From Verrucomicrobiota bacterium (lineage in GTDB: Bacteria > Verrucomicrobiota > Verrucomicrobiia > Limisphaerales > SXQI01), in assembly GCA_033762115.1 (NCBI GenBank), contig JANRLX010000093.1, positions 32,001 to 96,000 on the forward strand: a stretch of 64,000 nt of DNA, in the 5' to 3' direction. A model generated the notes under the pieces. The model did no database searches, was not told the DNA's origin, and worked only from the letters and a program-made list of their open reading frames with translations. The position numbers were made by a program, and so were the translations under genes. This document shows, one piece after another, positions 1-8,826 of this stretch. Positions within the stretch are counted from its first letter, which is position 1; every line of letters begins with the position of its first letter.

Positions 1-70
1 GCCCCTGGGACTGGGGAGACAGGAGGAGCGACAAAGCTCCCAATATGGGCAGGAAATATTTTTTCATCAT
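1..70 (-). CDS. 5' fragment of a probable exported protein, running off the window
   Basis: Minus-strand read from ATG at 70 gives MMKKYFLPILGALSLLLSPQSQG..., a typical Sec signal peptide (KK, hydrophobic core, polar c-region). Confidence 0.6.
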   Translation of the reverse strand, partial: MMKKYFLPILGALSLLLSPQSQG

Positions 71-293
71 ATTCAATTTACCCCTCAACTCAGGAGTCAG
101 TGCGATTGGACGCACTGGATGGTAAAACCTTCAGGAGTCAGGCGGTTTACAACAGGTTCACACTCATCATAGCAGCTTCTACTGATTGGGAAATCCAAAA
201 ATCATCTTCCTCATAAGTTCCCTGGCCTCGCACTCTTCCGGCATTGATTGGGGAGCTTGCCAATTGGTGGGCTGCGGTTTAACAGTTTCCGGC

Positions 294-806
294 ATGGAGC
301 ATATAAACAGCGAACCTCCCGGATTTTTCACTCGCCTCGCCCTGGCTTTTAAAGTCCTGATGGATCCCCTGTTTGCCGCGAAGATTTCGGCACCCCAGCC
401 CGTATCCGTCCCTCCCGCACCTGAAAAACCTGCTGTGTCACCCCTTTTTCTTCTCTCGGCCTTGCAACGCGAAGGGCGTCTGGTGGATTTTTTAAAACAG
501 GAGATCGCGACTTTTTCAGATGAGGAGATCGGTTCTGCCGCCAGGGTTGTCCACGCAGGCTGCCGAAAAGCGCTTGATCAATACCTGGTGTGCCAACCGC
601 TGTTACAGGCGGCGGAAGCCAGCCGTGTGACACTCCCCGCCAACTTCAATCCTCAGGAGTATCGGTTGGAAGGGAATCTTACCGGCAAGCCACCATTTCA
701 GGGCACATTGAAACATCATGGCTGGAAAGTGACAGAGATTAACCTGCCCACTTTTACAAAAGGGATCGATGATCGAATTCTCGCCCCGGCTGAAGTGGAA
801 ATCTGA
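294..806 (+). CDS. DUF2760 domain-containing protein
   Basis: Motifs LLSALQREGRLVDFL and GTLKHHGW. ATG at 294 (MEHIN) preferred over the track start at 186. Confidence 0.8.
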   Translation: MEHINSEPPGFFTRLALAFKVLMDPLFAAKISAPQPVSVPPAPEKPAVSPLFLLSALQREGRLVDFLKQEIATFSDEEIGSAARVVHAGCRKALDQYLVCQPLLQAAEASRVTLPANFNPQEYRLEGNLTGKPPFQGTLKHHGWKVTEINLPTFTKGIDDRILAPAEVEI

Positions 807-985
807 TTTTTTGGCAACCTGAATTTTCTCCCATGGCAGGTCAGGCATACACTTATTTTGCCTCAGGCAAAGCCCTGCATTTTCATTTCAGGCCCAAGCC
901 CGATTTCCTTCCCCTAGGATCAATGCTTAACTCTATTTGCAGATTGAAATGAGCAGCATGCTCAGCCTGAAAAGAGAGAAAAACC

Positions 986-1171
986 ATGAGCACAAAAATT
1001 ACTCCGGATACAATCAATCATTTGAAACAGGAACTTCAACAGGTTCGCAAAGCCTCCCTTCATGCCACCCGCATTGGCGATTTCATGAAAGTCGCCCGGC
1101 TTACCACGGAAGCTGCGCGGATTAACAAATCCATCATGGATGCTGAAAATTATCTCCTGAGTCAGTTGTAA
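986..1171 (+). CDS. small helical hypothetical protein (61 aa)
   Basis: Purine-rich leader before ATG, amphipathic helical sequence, terminator-like hairpin immediately downstream. Confidence 0.65.
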   Translation: MSTKITPDTINHLKQELQQVRKASLHATRIGDFMKVARLTTEAARINKSIMDAENYLLSQL

Positions 1172-1192
1172 GAATCTTCCTATTTTATATAT

Positions 1193-1227
1193 AAAAGCCC
1201 TGCTGGCGTTTTTGCCGAAGGGCTTTT
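1193..1227 (+). terminator. probable intrinsic terminator
   Basis: AAAAGCCCT...AGGGCTTTT inverted repeat just after the 61-aa ORF. Confidence 0.55.
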
Positions 1228-1340
1228 GCCGTTCCCGCACCCAAGGGCAGGCCATCTCTCCTTTAAAATCCCCCGTAAACTTACACTTGTCTCATTTCTA
1301 ACTGCTTGACTTGCTGCGATGTTCTTGAAACAACGAAGTG

Positions 1341-2342
1341 ATGTCCGGGCTGTTCGCTATCCAAAGTGATTTCCAGTACGAGATCACCCGAAAAATTTTC
1401 GAGGGTGGCATGGGTGTCGTTTATGAGGCGGAACAACGCGGCGCACGGGATTTCGTTAAACGAATTGCGATCAAGGTTATCCGGCAAAGTTATGCCAATA
1501 ACAAAACGTTTATCGATAACTTCATCGGTGAGGCCAAACTCGTCGCGGACCTGATCCATACCAATATCGTTCAGACCTATCATCTCGGTGAGGCGCGCGG
1601 CATGTTCTTCATTGCGATGGAACTCATCCGCGGGGTAAACCTCGAACAGTTTCACCAGCAATTGGCTGACAAGCGGCGCGTCCTGCCTGCTGAACTGGCT
1701 GTTTTCATTGCCAGCCGTATTGCCCGTGGACTGGCTTACGCACATGCCAAAACAGACAGGGATGGAAAATCACTGGGTATTGTCCATCGCGACGTGAGCT
1801 TTAAAAACATTCTCATCGCCTTTGAAGGGGATGTTAAACTGACGGATTTCGGGATCGCGAAGGCAAAAGGTTTTTTACAGGACCAGGAAGGGGAAGTAGT
1901 CGCTGGCAAGGCTGATTACATGAGCCCTGAACAGGCGGATTTCCAGATCACGGATAAACGCTCTGATATTTTTTCGACCGGCATTGTCCTCGCCCACCTG
2001 TTGCTTGGTAAAAACATTTTCAAAGGGAGCACTCCTGAGGAATCCCGCGAGCGAGTGCTCTCGATGGATATTCCTGATTTCCGGGAACTGGATGAACGGA
2101 TTGATGAACGATTGAACGCGATTTTGCAGCGTGCCCTTGAACGGAAGCTGGAGGCACGATATCCTAATGCAGACGAGCTGTTATACGCGTTGGAGCATTT
2201 TATTTACAGCAAGGGTTATGGCCCCACCAATGAAACCATGGGCCGTTACATTCGGGAATTGTTTGGACAGCGGACAGCTCAGCCGGTTACTGAGGGTCGC
2301 TCGCAAGTGGTCGAACACACTGCGCGCATCGTCAAAAATTAA
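1341..2342 (+). CDS. cytoplasmic Hanks-type Ser/Thr protein kinase
   Basis: EGGMGVVY, IAIK, HRDVSFKN, DFG, YMSPEQ and SDIFS motifs. No transmembrane segment. Confidence 0.92.
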   Translation: MSGLFAIQSDFQYEITRKIFEGGMGVVYEAEQRGARDFVKRIAIKVIRQSYANNKTFIDNFIGEAKLVADLIHTNIVQTYHLGEARGMFFIAMELIRGVNLEQFHQQLADKRRVLPAELAVFIASRIARGLAYAHAKTDRDGKSLGIVHRDVSFKNILIAFEGDVKLTDFGIAKAKGFLQDQEGEVVAGKADYMSPEQADFQITDKRSDIFSTGIVLAHLLLGKNIFKGSTPEESRERVLSMDIPDFRELDERIDERLNAILQRALERKLEARYPNADELLYALEHFIYSKGYGPTNETMGRYIRELFGQRTAQPVTEGRSQVVEHTARIVKN

Positions 2343-2348
2343 GGAGAC

Positions 2349-3242
2349 ATGAAGCGGGTGAACTCGTCCACAGTGAAACTGGGGTTGCTGCAATTGCGCG
2401 CCTCGGCTGATCCGAACGATAATTTAAAGCGAACGCTTGCCGCAGCGGAAAAGGCTGCCAAAGAGGGAGCGCAGATCATTTGCACCCAGGAATTGTTCAA
2501 ATCACAATATTTCTGTCAGTGCGAAGACCATAATTATTTCAAACTTGCAGAGAGCATTCCTGGGCCCTCCACAGAAGCCTTTTCCAAAATCGCCAGGAAA
2601 TATGGTGCTGTCATTGTGGCTTCTCTCTTTGAAAAGCGCGCCGCAGGAGTTTACCACAATACAGCTGCAATCATTGATGCCGATGGATCGCTCATGGGGA
2701 TTTATCGGAAAATGCACATCCCTGACGACCCGCTTTTCTACGAAAAATTTTATTTTACTCCCGGTGATCTTGGGTTCAAGGCCTGGAGGACCAGGAATGG
2801 CACCATTGGGGTGCTGATCTGCTGGGATCAATGGTACCCTGAAGGGGCCCGGTTGACCTCGATGCAAGGGGCGGAAATCCTTTTTTATCCCACAGCCATC
2901 GGCTGGCACCCTTCGGAAAAAGCTGAATACGGGGTCAACCAGCACATTGCCTGGGAAACAATTCAGCGGAGCCATGCGGTGGCGAACGGTTGTTATGTGG
3001 CATCCATCAACCGGATCGGCCTGGAACAACCCATCGGTGGTGATGGCCTGGAATTCTGGGGACAGAGCTTCGTGGCGGGAACATCAGGGCAAATCCTCGC
3101 CAAGGCCAGCAGCGACAAAGAGGAAACCCTGATAGTGCCTGTCGATCTTGCCAAGGTCGATGTCACCCGCACACACTGGCCTTTCCTGCGCGACCGTCGT
3201 ATCGACGCCTACTCCGATCTGACCCGTCGATATATTGATTGA
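2349..3242 (+). CDS. aguB: carbon-nitrogen hydrolase, N-carbamoylputrescine amidase-like
   Basis: Nitrilase E-K-C triad (QELF, YRKMHIPDDP, LICWDQW), PTAIGW and WPFLRDRR. RBS AAGGAG upstream. Confidence 0.8.
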   Translation: MKRVNSSTVKLGLLQLRASADPNDNLKRTLAAAEKAAKEGAQIICTQELFKSQYFCQCEDHNYFKLAESIPGPSTEAFSKIARKYGAVIVASLFEKRAAGVYHNTAAIIDADGSLMGIYRKMHIPDDPLFYEKFYFTPGDLGFKAWRTRNGTIGVLICWDQWYPEGARLTSMQGAEILFYPTAIGWHPSEKAEYGVNQHIAWETIQRSHAVANGCYVASINRIGLEQPIGGDGLEFWGQSFVAGTSGQILAKASSDKEETLIVPVDLAKVDVTRTHWPFLRDRRIDAYSDLTRRYID

Positions 3243-3248
3243 TGTTTT

Positions 3249-4394
3249 TTACACGGAAGCTGACGCCATCCGTTTCCGTGCAATCCATCCATTGACCTGG
3301 TCAAGCACCACGGCCACGATCACCACCGCGCCGACGATGATCTGACTGTAATTCTGGTCAATGCGCAGAATCACGATTCCGCTGTTGATCATCTGAATAA
3401 TCAAGGCCCCGAGTAATGCGCCCAACGCGCTACCTTTTCCCCCGGAGAGACTTGCCCCACCCACCACAGCGGCGGCGATCACGTTCAATTCATATCCCTG
3501 GCCATCCCCGGAAGTTGCGGCTCCATAATAACCGATCGAAAGCAGCGCAGAAATCCCCGCGGTCAGCCCCGAAAGAAAAAACACGAGAAGCTTGACCCGT
3601 TCCACCCGAATCCCGCTGTAACGACTCGCCAGCTCATTACCGCCAATGGCATACACACGCCGTCCCGCAGCCAGCCGGGCGAGGAAAACCGCTCCTGCTA
3701 TCGTCACTACCAGCATCACGCCCAGCGGAACAAGGCTTAGGTCATTTCCCACCCGGAACTGGATCATTTCACGAAATGCTTCCGGAAACCCGCCGATGGA
3801 TTGCCCCTGTGTTTTTACAAACGCAATGCCACGAAAAATTGCCATGGTTCCAAGCGTGATAATGAACGGGTGTACTCGCAGCGCCACGATCATTGCTCCA
3901 TTCCCCAGCCCGCAAAGCGCGCCGGTCCCGATGCACGCCAGCATTCCAAAAAACACCCCCAACATCCCTGCAGAGCCCGCTCCCGCTCCTTCCCCTCCAT
4001 AACGATTCAGAACAAGAGCCCCCGCCACGGAAGCCAGCGCGTAAATCGCTCCTACGGAAAGATCGATTCCCCCCGATATAATCACAATTGTCGCACCGAC
4101 CGCCATAATCGCGATGAAGCTTGTGTCCTTGGCAAGCTGGGCGAGATTTTGTGCATTCAGAAATTTGTTGCGCTTCTCCAGAAGCGGCTCCTCCTCCCCC
4201 TGCGCATTTGTGATGAAGACCCGCTGGCGTTCGCCATCCGGTGTCGTCCTGATCACCGGCACTTCCACAGAACCTCCAAAAATCGTGAGCAACGCCCCGA
4301 GAACCAGGATGACGAAGAGCAACCCTGCTTCCTGAAAACCGAATGCAAAAAATCTTCGCCAACCCTGTTGACCTGTTCCCACCATGAATTCCAA
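3249..4394 (-). CDS. sugar ABC transporter permease (RbsC/BPD_transp_2 family)
   Basis: GGIDLSVG, PFIITLG, GRRVYAIGGN and YELNVIAAAVVGG motifs. Multiple TM helices. Confidence 0.9.
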   Translation of the reverse strand: MEFMVGTGQQGWRRFFAFGFQEAGLLFVILVLGALLTIFGGSVEVPVIRTTPDGERQRVFITNAQGEEEPLLEKRNKFLNAQNLAQLAKDTSFIAIMAVGATIVIISGGIDLSVGAIYALASVAGALVLNRYGGEGAGAGSAGMLGVFFGMLACIGTGALCGLGNGAMIVALRVHPFIITLGTMAIFRGIAFVKTQGQSIGGFPEAFREMIQFRVGNDLSLVPLGVMLVVTIAGAVFLARLAAGRRVYAIGGNELASRYSGIRVERVKLLVFFLSGLTAGISALLSIGYYGAATSGDGQGYELNVIAAAVVGGASLSGGKGSALGALLGALIIQMINSGIVILRIDQNYSQIIVGAVVIVAVVLDQVNGWIARKRMASASV

Positions 4395-4539
4395 TCACCG
4401 TATCAAAGAATCTTCAACCCTGACAAGGCAGGGAAGATCAGCCCATGGATGAGTGCAAGATGAGAAAGCCGTTGGAGAAAACGTTCCTGTTGTGGTTGCC
4501 CCAACATTTTCTTCTGCCAGAAACGTTGTAGAATAGTGG

Positions 4540-5160
4540 ATGTCGCGGCCGCTTTTTATTTTATCTCCTGCCAATTCAACCGGCCCTCGAGCGCAGATGT
4601 TAATGAATCCCCGGGCACAATTTCCCCTGGCAAGGCGATTGCATTCCGGTGGCTCTGCACCATTATCGGAAATCTTTACCTTCCTGAGCGGGCTTTATTT
4701 TCGCGGCAAAGTCAATTATGCAAAACATTTTGCAACCTCTCCTGGACATATTTATGTGATTACCTCGAACCGAGGCCTGTTGTTATCCGAAACAGCCACG
4801 TCCTTGAAAGATCTTATCCGTTTCGGCGAGACAGCGATAGATGTTGGAGTTGCTGAATATGAAAAGCCTCTCAGGGAGAGTGCCGTGAAACTTGCCCTGC
4901 AGCATGAAGGCAACTGGGTATTATTGGGCAGCATCAGTACCGGAAAATATGTGGAGCCGTTGCTTGATATTGCTGGGGAACGGTTGCTTTTCCCGAAAAT
5001 TTTTGTCGGGAGGGGAGATATGAGTCGTGGCGGGCTGCTGCTTCGCTGTATCGCTGAAGCAAAGGAATTGGAATATATTCCCGTATCCGGAGCGGTAAGA
5101 CGCGGCAAGCGTCCACCCCGGCTTGCTCCCCAATCCTGGGGGTACAAGATCAATGGTTGA
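4540..5160 (+). CDS. hypothetical protein, possibly YaaA/DUF6884-like fold
   Basis: 206-aa globular ORF, TAGAAT -10 box just upstream, ILSPAN...FLSGLYF...YA...VITSNRGLL pattern. Confidence 0.65.
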   Translation: MSRPLFILSPANSTGPRAQMLMNPRAQFPLARRLHSGGSAPLSEIFTFLSGLYFRGKVNYAKHFATSPGHIYVITSNRGLLLSETATSLKDLIRFGETAIDVGVAEYEKPLRESAVKLALQHEGNWVLLGSISTGKYVEPLLDIAGERLLFPKIFVGRGDMSRGGLLLRCIAEAKELEYIPVSGAVRRGKRPPRLAPQSWGYKING

Positions 5161-5446
5161 CTCGGTTATTTCGGCATCTCTTCCCAGGCAGGGAGATAAA
5201 TGTTAAATGTGGTAAAATCCTCCTCCTCGGCGATGGGAACAAGCTCCCAGGAATCAGCGTTTTGCTCGAACCGAATATCCACAGCTCTCCTTGCACTCAT
5301 GCAATAGTTTTACTTCATCCACAGCCGAAACCCAATCAGGCAACGGCTGAAATCTGCGCTCATAATTGTCCCACCTGAGTGTCAAATTCACGCTCATCCA
5401 CCCAAGGGGACTTGACCATTGCTCTTTGGAAACCCATCTTTTGAAC

Positions 5447-6913
5447 GTGCGAAATTTTTGCTTCAGGGGAGTGCTGCCCGTTCTTTTGCTGCTGTTTTGC
5501 CTCCGAACTGGTTTTGGAGCTTCACCGGAAAAATCGGTTGTTCAAATCACGGTTTTTAGTCAGCAACCTGTCTGGGATGCGCCCTGGCGCTTTGATTCAG
5601 TGCGACGGTCCTCCGGCACCGGGTTTGTCATCAAGGGCCGGCGCATCATGACGAATGGGCATGTGGTGAGTTGGGGGCGTCAAATATTAATCCGCCGTTA
5701 TCAGGATCCCCGGCCCTATGCAGCCAAAGTGCTTTATGCAGCCCATGATTGTGACCTGGCTATTTTGGAAGTTGAAGATCCGAATTTCTTCGAGGGAATG
5801 GAGGCCCTGGAAATTGGCGAGTTACCTGAAGTGAGATCGACAGTGGTCACTTACGGTTATCCAGCGGGGGGCGAGCAGATTTCATATACTCGCGGTGTGG
5901 TTTCCCGGATCGAGTTGCAATCCTACAGTCATATCGGCAACCGGGCTTATTTGGCTGCGCAAACCGATGCCGCGATTAATCCCGGAAACAGTGGTGGGCC
6001 GGTGATCCAGGAAGATAAAGTGGTTGGCGTTGCTTTTCAGGGAATTCCAGGGCTGGAGAACACCGGTTTTTTTATTCCAACGACTTTGGTTAATCACTTC
6101 CTGAAAGATGTAGAGGATGGAAAATATGATGGGTTCCCCCAGGCAGGGTTGCGGCTGGTGGCGTTGCAAAACCCTGCTTATCGCAAAAATCTTCAGTTGC
6201 CCGATAATGACCTGGGTGCGCGCATCGATCATATCTATCCTGTCCCAAGCAGCCGAGAACTCCTGAAAGTGGATGATGTCCTGCTCAAGGTGGGGCCGTA
6301 TGATGTGGGAAGCGATGGCACAATTGTGTATCGGGGAAATCGCGTGTTCCTGAGCGTTGCATTTAGTGACATCCAGAATGGCGAGAGTGTCCCGGTGACT
6401 CTCTGGCGTGATGGAAAGCAGGCTGAAGTGATGTTGCCGCTTTACACCTATACCGAAGATAAACGGGAGGGCAATCAGTACGATGTATTGCCGCGCTACT
6501 ACGTTTATGGCGGGTTGGTATTTGTGCCTTTGACGCGAGATTACATGAAGACGTTTGGGGCTGGCTGGACCGATTCAGCCAACGCGGATCTGATTTACGA
6601 ACTGTTTTATCGTCGTCATGAATCGCCAGCCACCACGCGCAAGGAACCTGTTGTGCTTGCCTCTGTTCTTGCGCACGCGGCAAATGCAAATTTTGAAATT
6701 CGTGGCCGAGCGCTGGTGGATAAAATCAATGGTATGAGAATTGAAAGCCTAGATGATGTGATCAGGGCTTGCGAAGACCCGGGGGAACGGAAACATGATG
6801 TGATTGAATTTTATCCGGACAAAACCATTGAAACGCTGAGTCGGCCTGAGGCCCGGGCTGCCCATTCCGAAATTCTGACCACTTACGGCATCAGCAAGGA
6901 TCGCCGCCTATGA
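5447..6913 (+). CDS. exported Deg/HtrA trypsin-like serine protease with PDZ domains (Deg2-like)
   Basis: Intact triad TNGHVV / HDCDLA / INPGNSGGP, signal peptide. GTG start at 5447 inferred from upstream TTGACC-17-CATCTT. Confidence 0.9.
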   Translation: MRNFCFRGVLPVLLLLFCLRTGFGASPEKSVVQITVFSQQPVWDAPWRFDSVRRSSGTGFVIKGRRIMTNGHVVSWGRQILIRRYQDPRPYAAKVLYAAHDCDLAILEVEDPNFFEGMEALEIGELPEVRSTVVTYGYPAGGEQISYTRGVVSRIELQSYSHIGNRAYLAAQTDAAINPGNSGGPVIQEDKVVGVAFQGIPGLENTGFFIPTTLVNHFLKDVEDGKYDGFPQAGLRLVALQNPAYRKNLQLPDNDLGARIDHIYPVPSSRELLKVDDVLLKVGPYDVGSDGTIVYRGNRVFLSVAFSDIQNGESVPVTLWRDGKQAEVMLPLYTYTEDKREGNQYDVLPRYYVYGGLVFVPLTRDYMKTFGAGWTDSANADLIYELFYRRHESPATTRKEPVVLASVLAHAANANFEIRGRALVDKINGMRIESLDDVIRACEDPGERKHDVIEFYPDKTIETLSRPEARAAHSEILTTYGISKDRRL

Positions 6914-8397
6914 AATTCCTGATCTGCTTCCTGACGGTATGTTGTTCTCTGGCCGCAACCCGGCCCGCTGATCAAGGAGCGCTCCTTGAAAAAGCGATCA
7001 TCAATATCGAAATTACCCGCCGCCAATATGATCATATCCAACCCTGGAACCGGCGCGTGGATCAGGTCAGCAAAATAGGCACGCTAATCTCTCCAACTGA
7101 AATTTTGACGACTGCTGAATATTTTTCCGACCAGACCTTGATCCGGTTGCAAAAGCAGGGTCGCGGTCGCTGGTTTAAGGGCAAACTTCTTTGGGCAGAT
7201 TATCATGCCAACCTTGCCCTTGTGACGTGTGAGGAAGATCAATTTTGGGATGGCCTGAAACCTCTTTCATTGGCCGAAAAACCTCCCCGTTCGGGCACCG
7301 CTCAACTCGCGCGCTGGAGGAACGGCAACATGGAAGCAAGGAACGTGGAGATCAACCGCTATATTGTAAAACAGGGCAAGATCACCTTTATTGATTACCT
7401 TCACCTTGAAGTGGATTCTGAAATCAATGGCACAGGTTGGGCCGAAGCGATTGTGCAGGGAAATAAATTGATCGGGATCACCTCTTCAAAAGAGGAAAGC
7501 AGTTGCACTGTGCTGCCCTCCTCGTTCATTCGAAACGTTTTGGAAGCCCATAAACAGGGAGATCACAAAGGTCTGGGATATTTTGCCTTTGTTTGGCAAC
7601 GCTCAGAAAATCCTGCAACCCTGGATTATTTCAAACTTCCCGGTGAGCCACGAGGAGTGATGGTCATTGATGTCCCGCACGTTCCCGGTGAAACAAACAG
7701 CCTGATGCCTAAGGACATTATCCTGGAGATCGATGGGTTTTCCATTGATTTGCAAGGTGATTACAATGATCCCCAATTCGGCAACCTCCTTCTGGAGAAT
7801 CTGGCGACCCGAAATAAATGGGCGGGAGATAAAGTAAAACTGAAAGTCTGGCGTCAGGGGCAAATGAAGGAAGTGGGATATACATTGCCGAAAGCTGAAT
7901 ACAGCAATGAACTGGTCCCGTCAGAGGTGTTTGATACAGCTCCGGAATATGCCATCCTTGGTGGCCTCGTTTTTCAGCCGCTGACCGTTCCTTTTCTCCG
8001 CAGTTGGGGGGCGGACTGGCTCCGCAAAGCCCCGTTCAGATTGGCTTATTCCACCCGACAGAAAAAGCGACCGGATGAGCCGTCGTTGATCATGCTTTCC
8101 TTAATCCTTCCAGACCCCATTAACATTGGTTATCAGGAGTCCCGTTACCTGTTGGTGGAGAGCATCAATGGACGGAAGGTTCATACGATTGGAAATGTTC
8201 TTCAGGCGATTGAGCATCCCCGCGATGGTTTTCATGAAATTCTTTTCAAGGAAGGTGATTCGCTGCGGAGAATGGTCCTGGAAGCCAGTGAATTACCTGC
8301 CGCCACCCAAAGAGTGCTGCAGCGTTATGGAATCCAGGAGCCTTTTATGGTCAAGGAATTGCCAGGGTTAAAAACTGCGCAAAAGGGAAGTAATTAA
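6910..8397 (+). CDS. exported Deg/HtrA-like PDZ protein, catalytic triad absent
   Basis: Collinear with the upstream protease (GGLVFQPLT vs GGLVFVPLT, INGRKV vs INGMRI). Triad positions are E/N/W. ATGA overlap with the upstream gene. Confidence 0.8.
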   Translation: MKFLICFLTVCCSLAATRPADQGALLEKAIINIEITRRQYDHIQPWNRRVDQVSKIGTLISPTEILTTAEYFSDQTLIRLQKQGRGRWFKGKLLWADYHANLALVTCEEDQFWDGLKPLSLAEKPPRSGTAQLARWRNGNMEARNVEINRYIVKQGKITFIDYLHLEVDSEINGTGWAEAIVQGNKLIGITSSKEESSCTVLPSSFIRNVLEAHKQGDHKGLGYFAFVWQRSENPATLDYFKLPGEPRGVMVIDVPHVPGETNSLMPKDIILEIDGFSIDLQGDYNDPQFGNLLLENLATRNKWAGDKVKLKVWRQGQMKEVGYTLPKAEYSNELVPSEVFDTAPEYAILGGLVFQPLTVPFLRSWGADWLRKAPFRLAYSTRQKKRPDEPSLIMLSLILPDPINIGYQESRYLLVESINGRKVHTIGNVLQAIEHPRDGFHEILFKEGDSLRRMVLEASELPAATQRVLQRYGIQEPFMVKELPGLKTAQKGSN

Positions 8398-8705
8398 ACG
8401 TCGCGGCGAAACTCAACTTCCCCGCAGTCACGCCAGACAAAAACCAATTTGTCAGGGTTGATAACCTTCAATTCGCCGGGAACAAAGCGTGGGTTGCGAA
8501 ATTCCTTTTCCGCAACCTGTCCTTCCCCTGCGCCTGTTTTAAGATTGGCCCGAAAGGTAATTTCATTGGCAGGCACATAATCATCCCCTGTAACTTTCAC
8601 CGCTTCCAGTTGATCACCACATTGCGTGATGCGGACCACCTCATCAAAATGCCCTGCATAAAAGCCAAGCCATTCTCCTGAAAAATCCATGTCTGATTGC
8701 GCCAT
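8394..8705 (-). CDS. small DUF3506/Cyclin_D1_bind-like domain protein
   Basis: GEWLGFYAGHFDEVV...LEAVKVTGDDYVPANEITF resembles the GxWxGxYxxHGxE...AxKxTGDxxVPxGExTF signature. Confidence 0.65.
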   Translation of the reverse strand: MAQSDMDFSGEWLGFYAGHFDEVVRITQCGDQLEAVKVTGDDYVPANEITFRANLKTGAGEGQVAEKEFRNPRFVPGELKVINPDKLVFVWRDCGEVEFRRDV

Positions 8706-8826
8706 GCTTTTACTTTACAATTCTCTGCCCCTATTTCAACTCCAGAGCCCAAATCGCTCTGTTTCTGTAAGGTTTTTTCAGGTATTTGCCTGATATTCAA
8801 AGACACCCGCGAAGCTATATTGCGCA

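Noticed and set aside
75..200. Fluoride, cobalamin, TPP or glycine riboswitch
   Set aside because: Only fragments match (TAAACCGC, TGACTCCT, CACTG). The core consensus elements are missing.
294..806. DUF2760 as part of an Hsp70-like cluster
   Set aside because: No Hsp70-like genes in the window.
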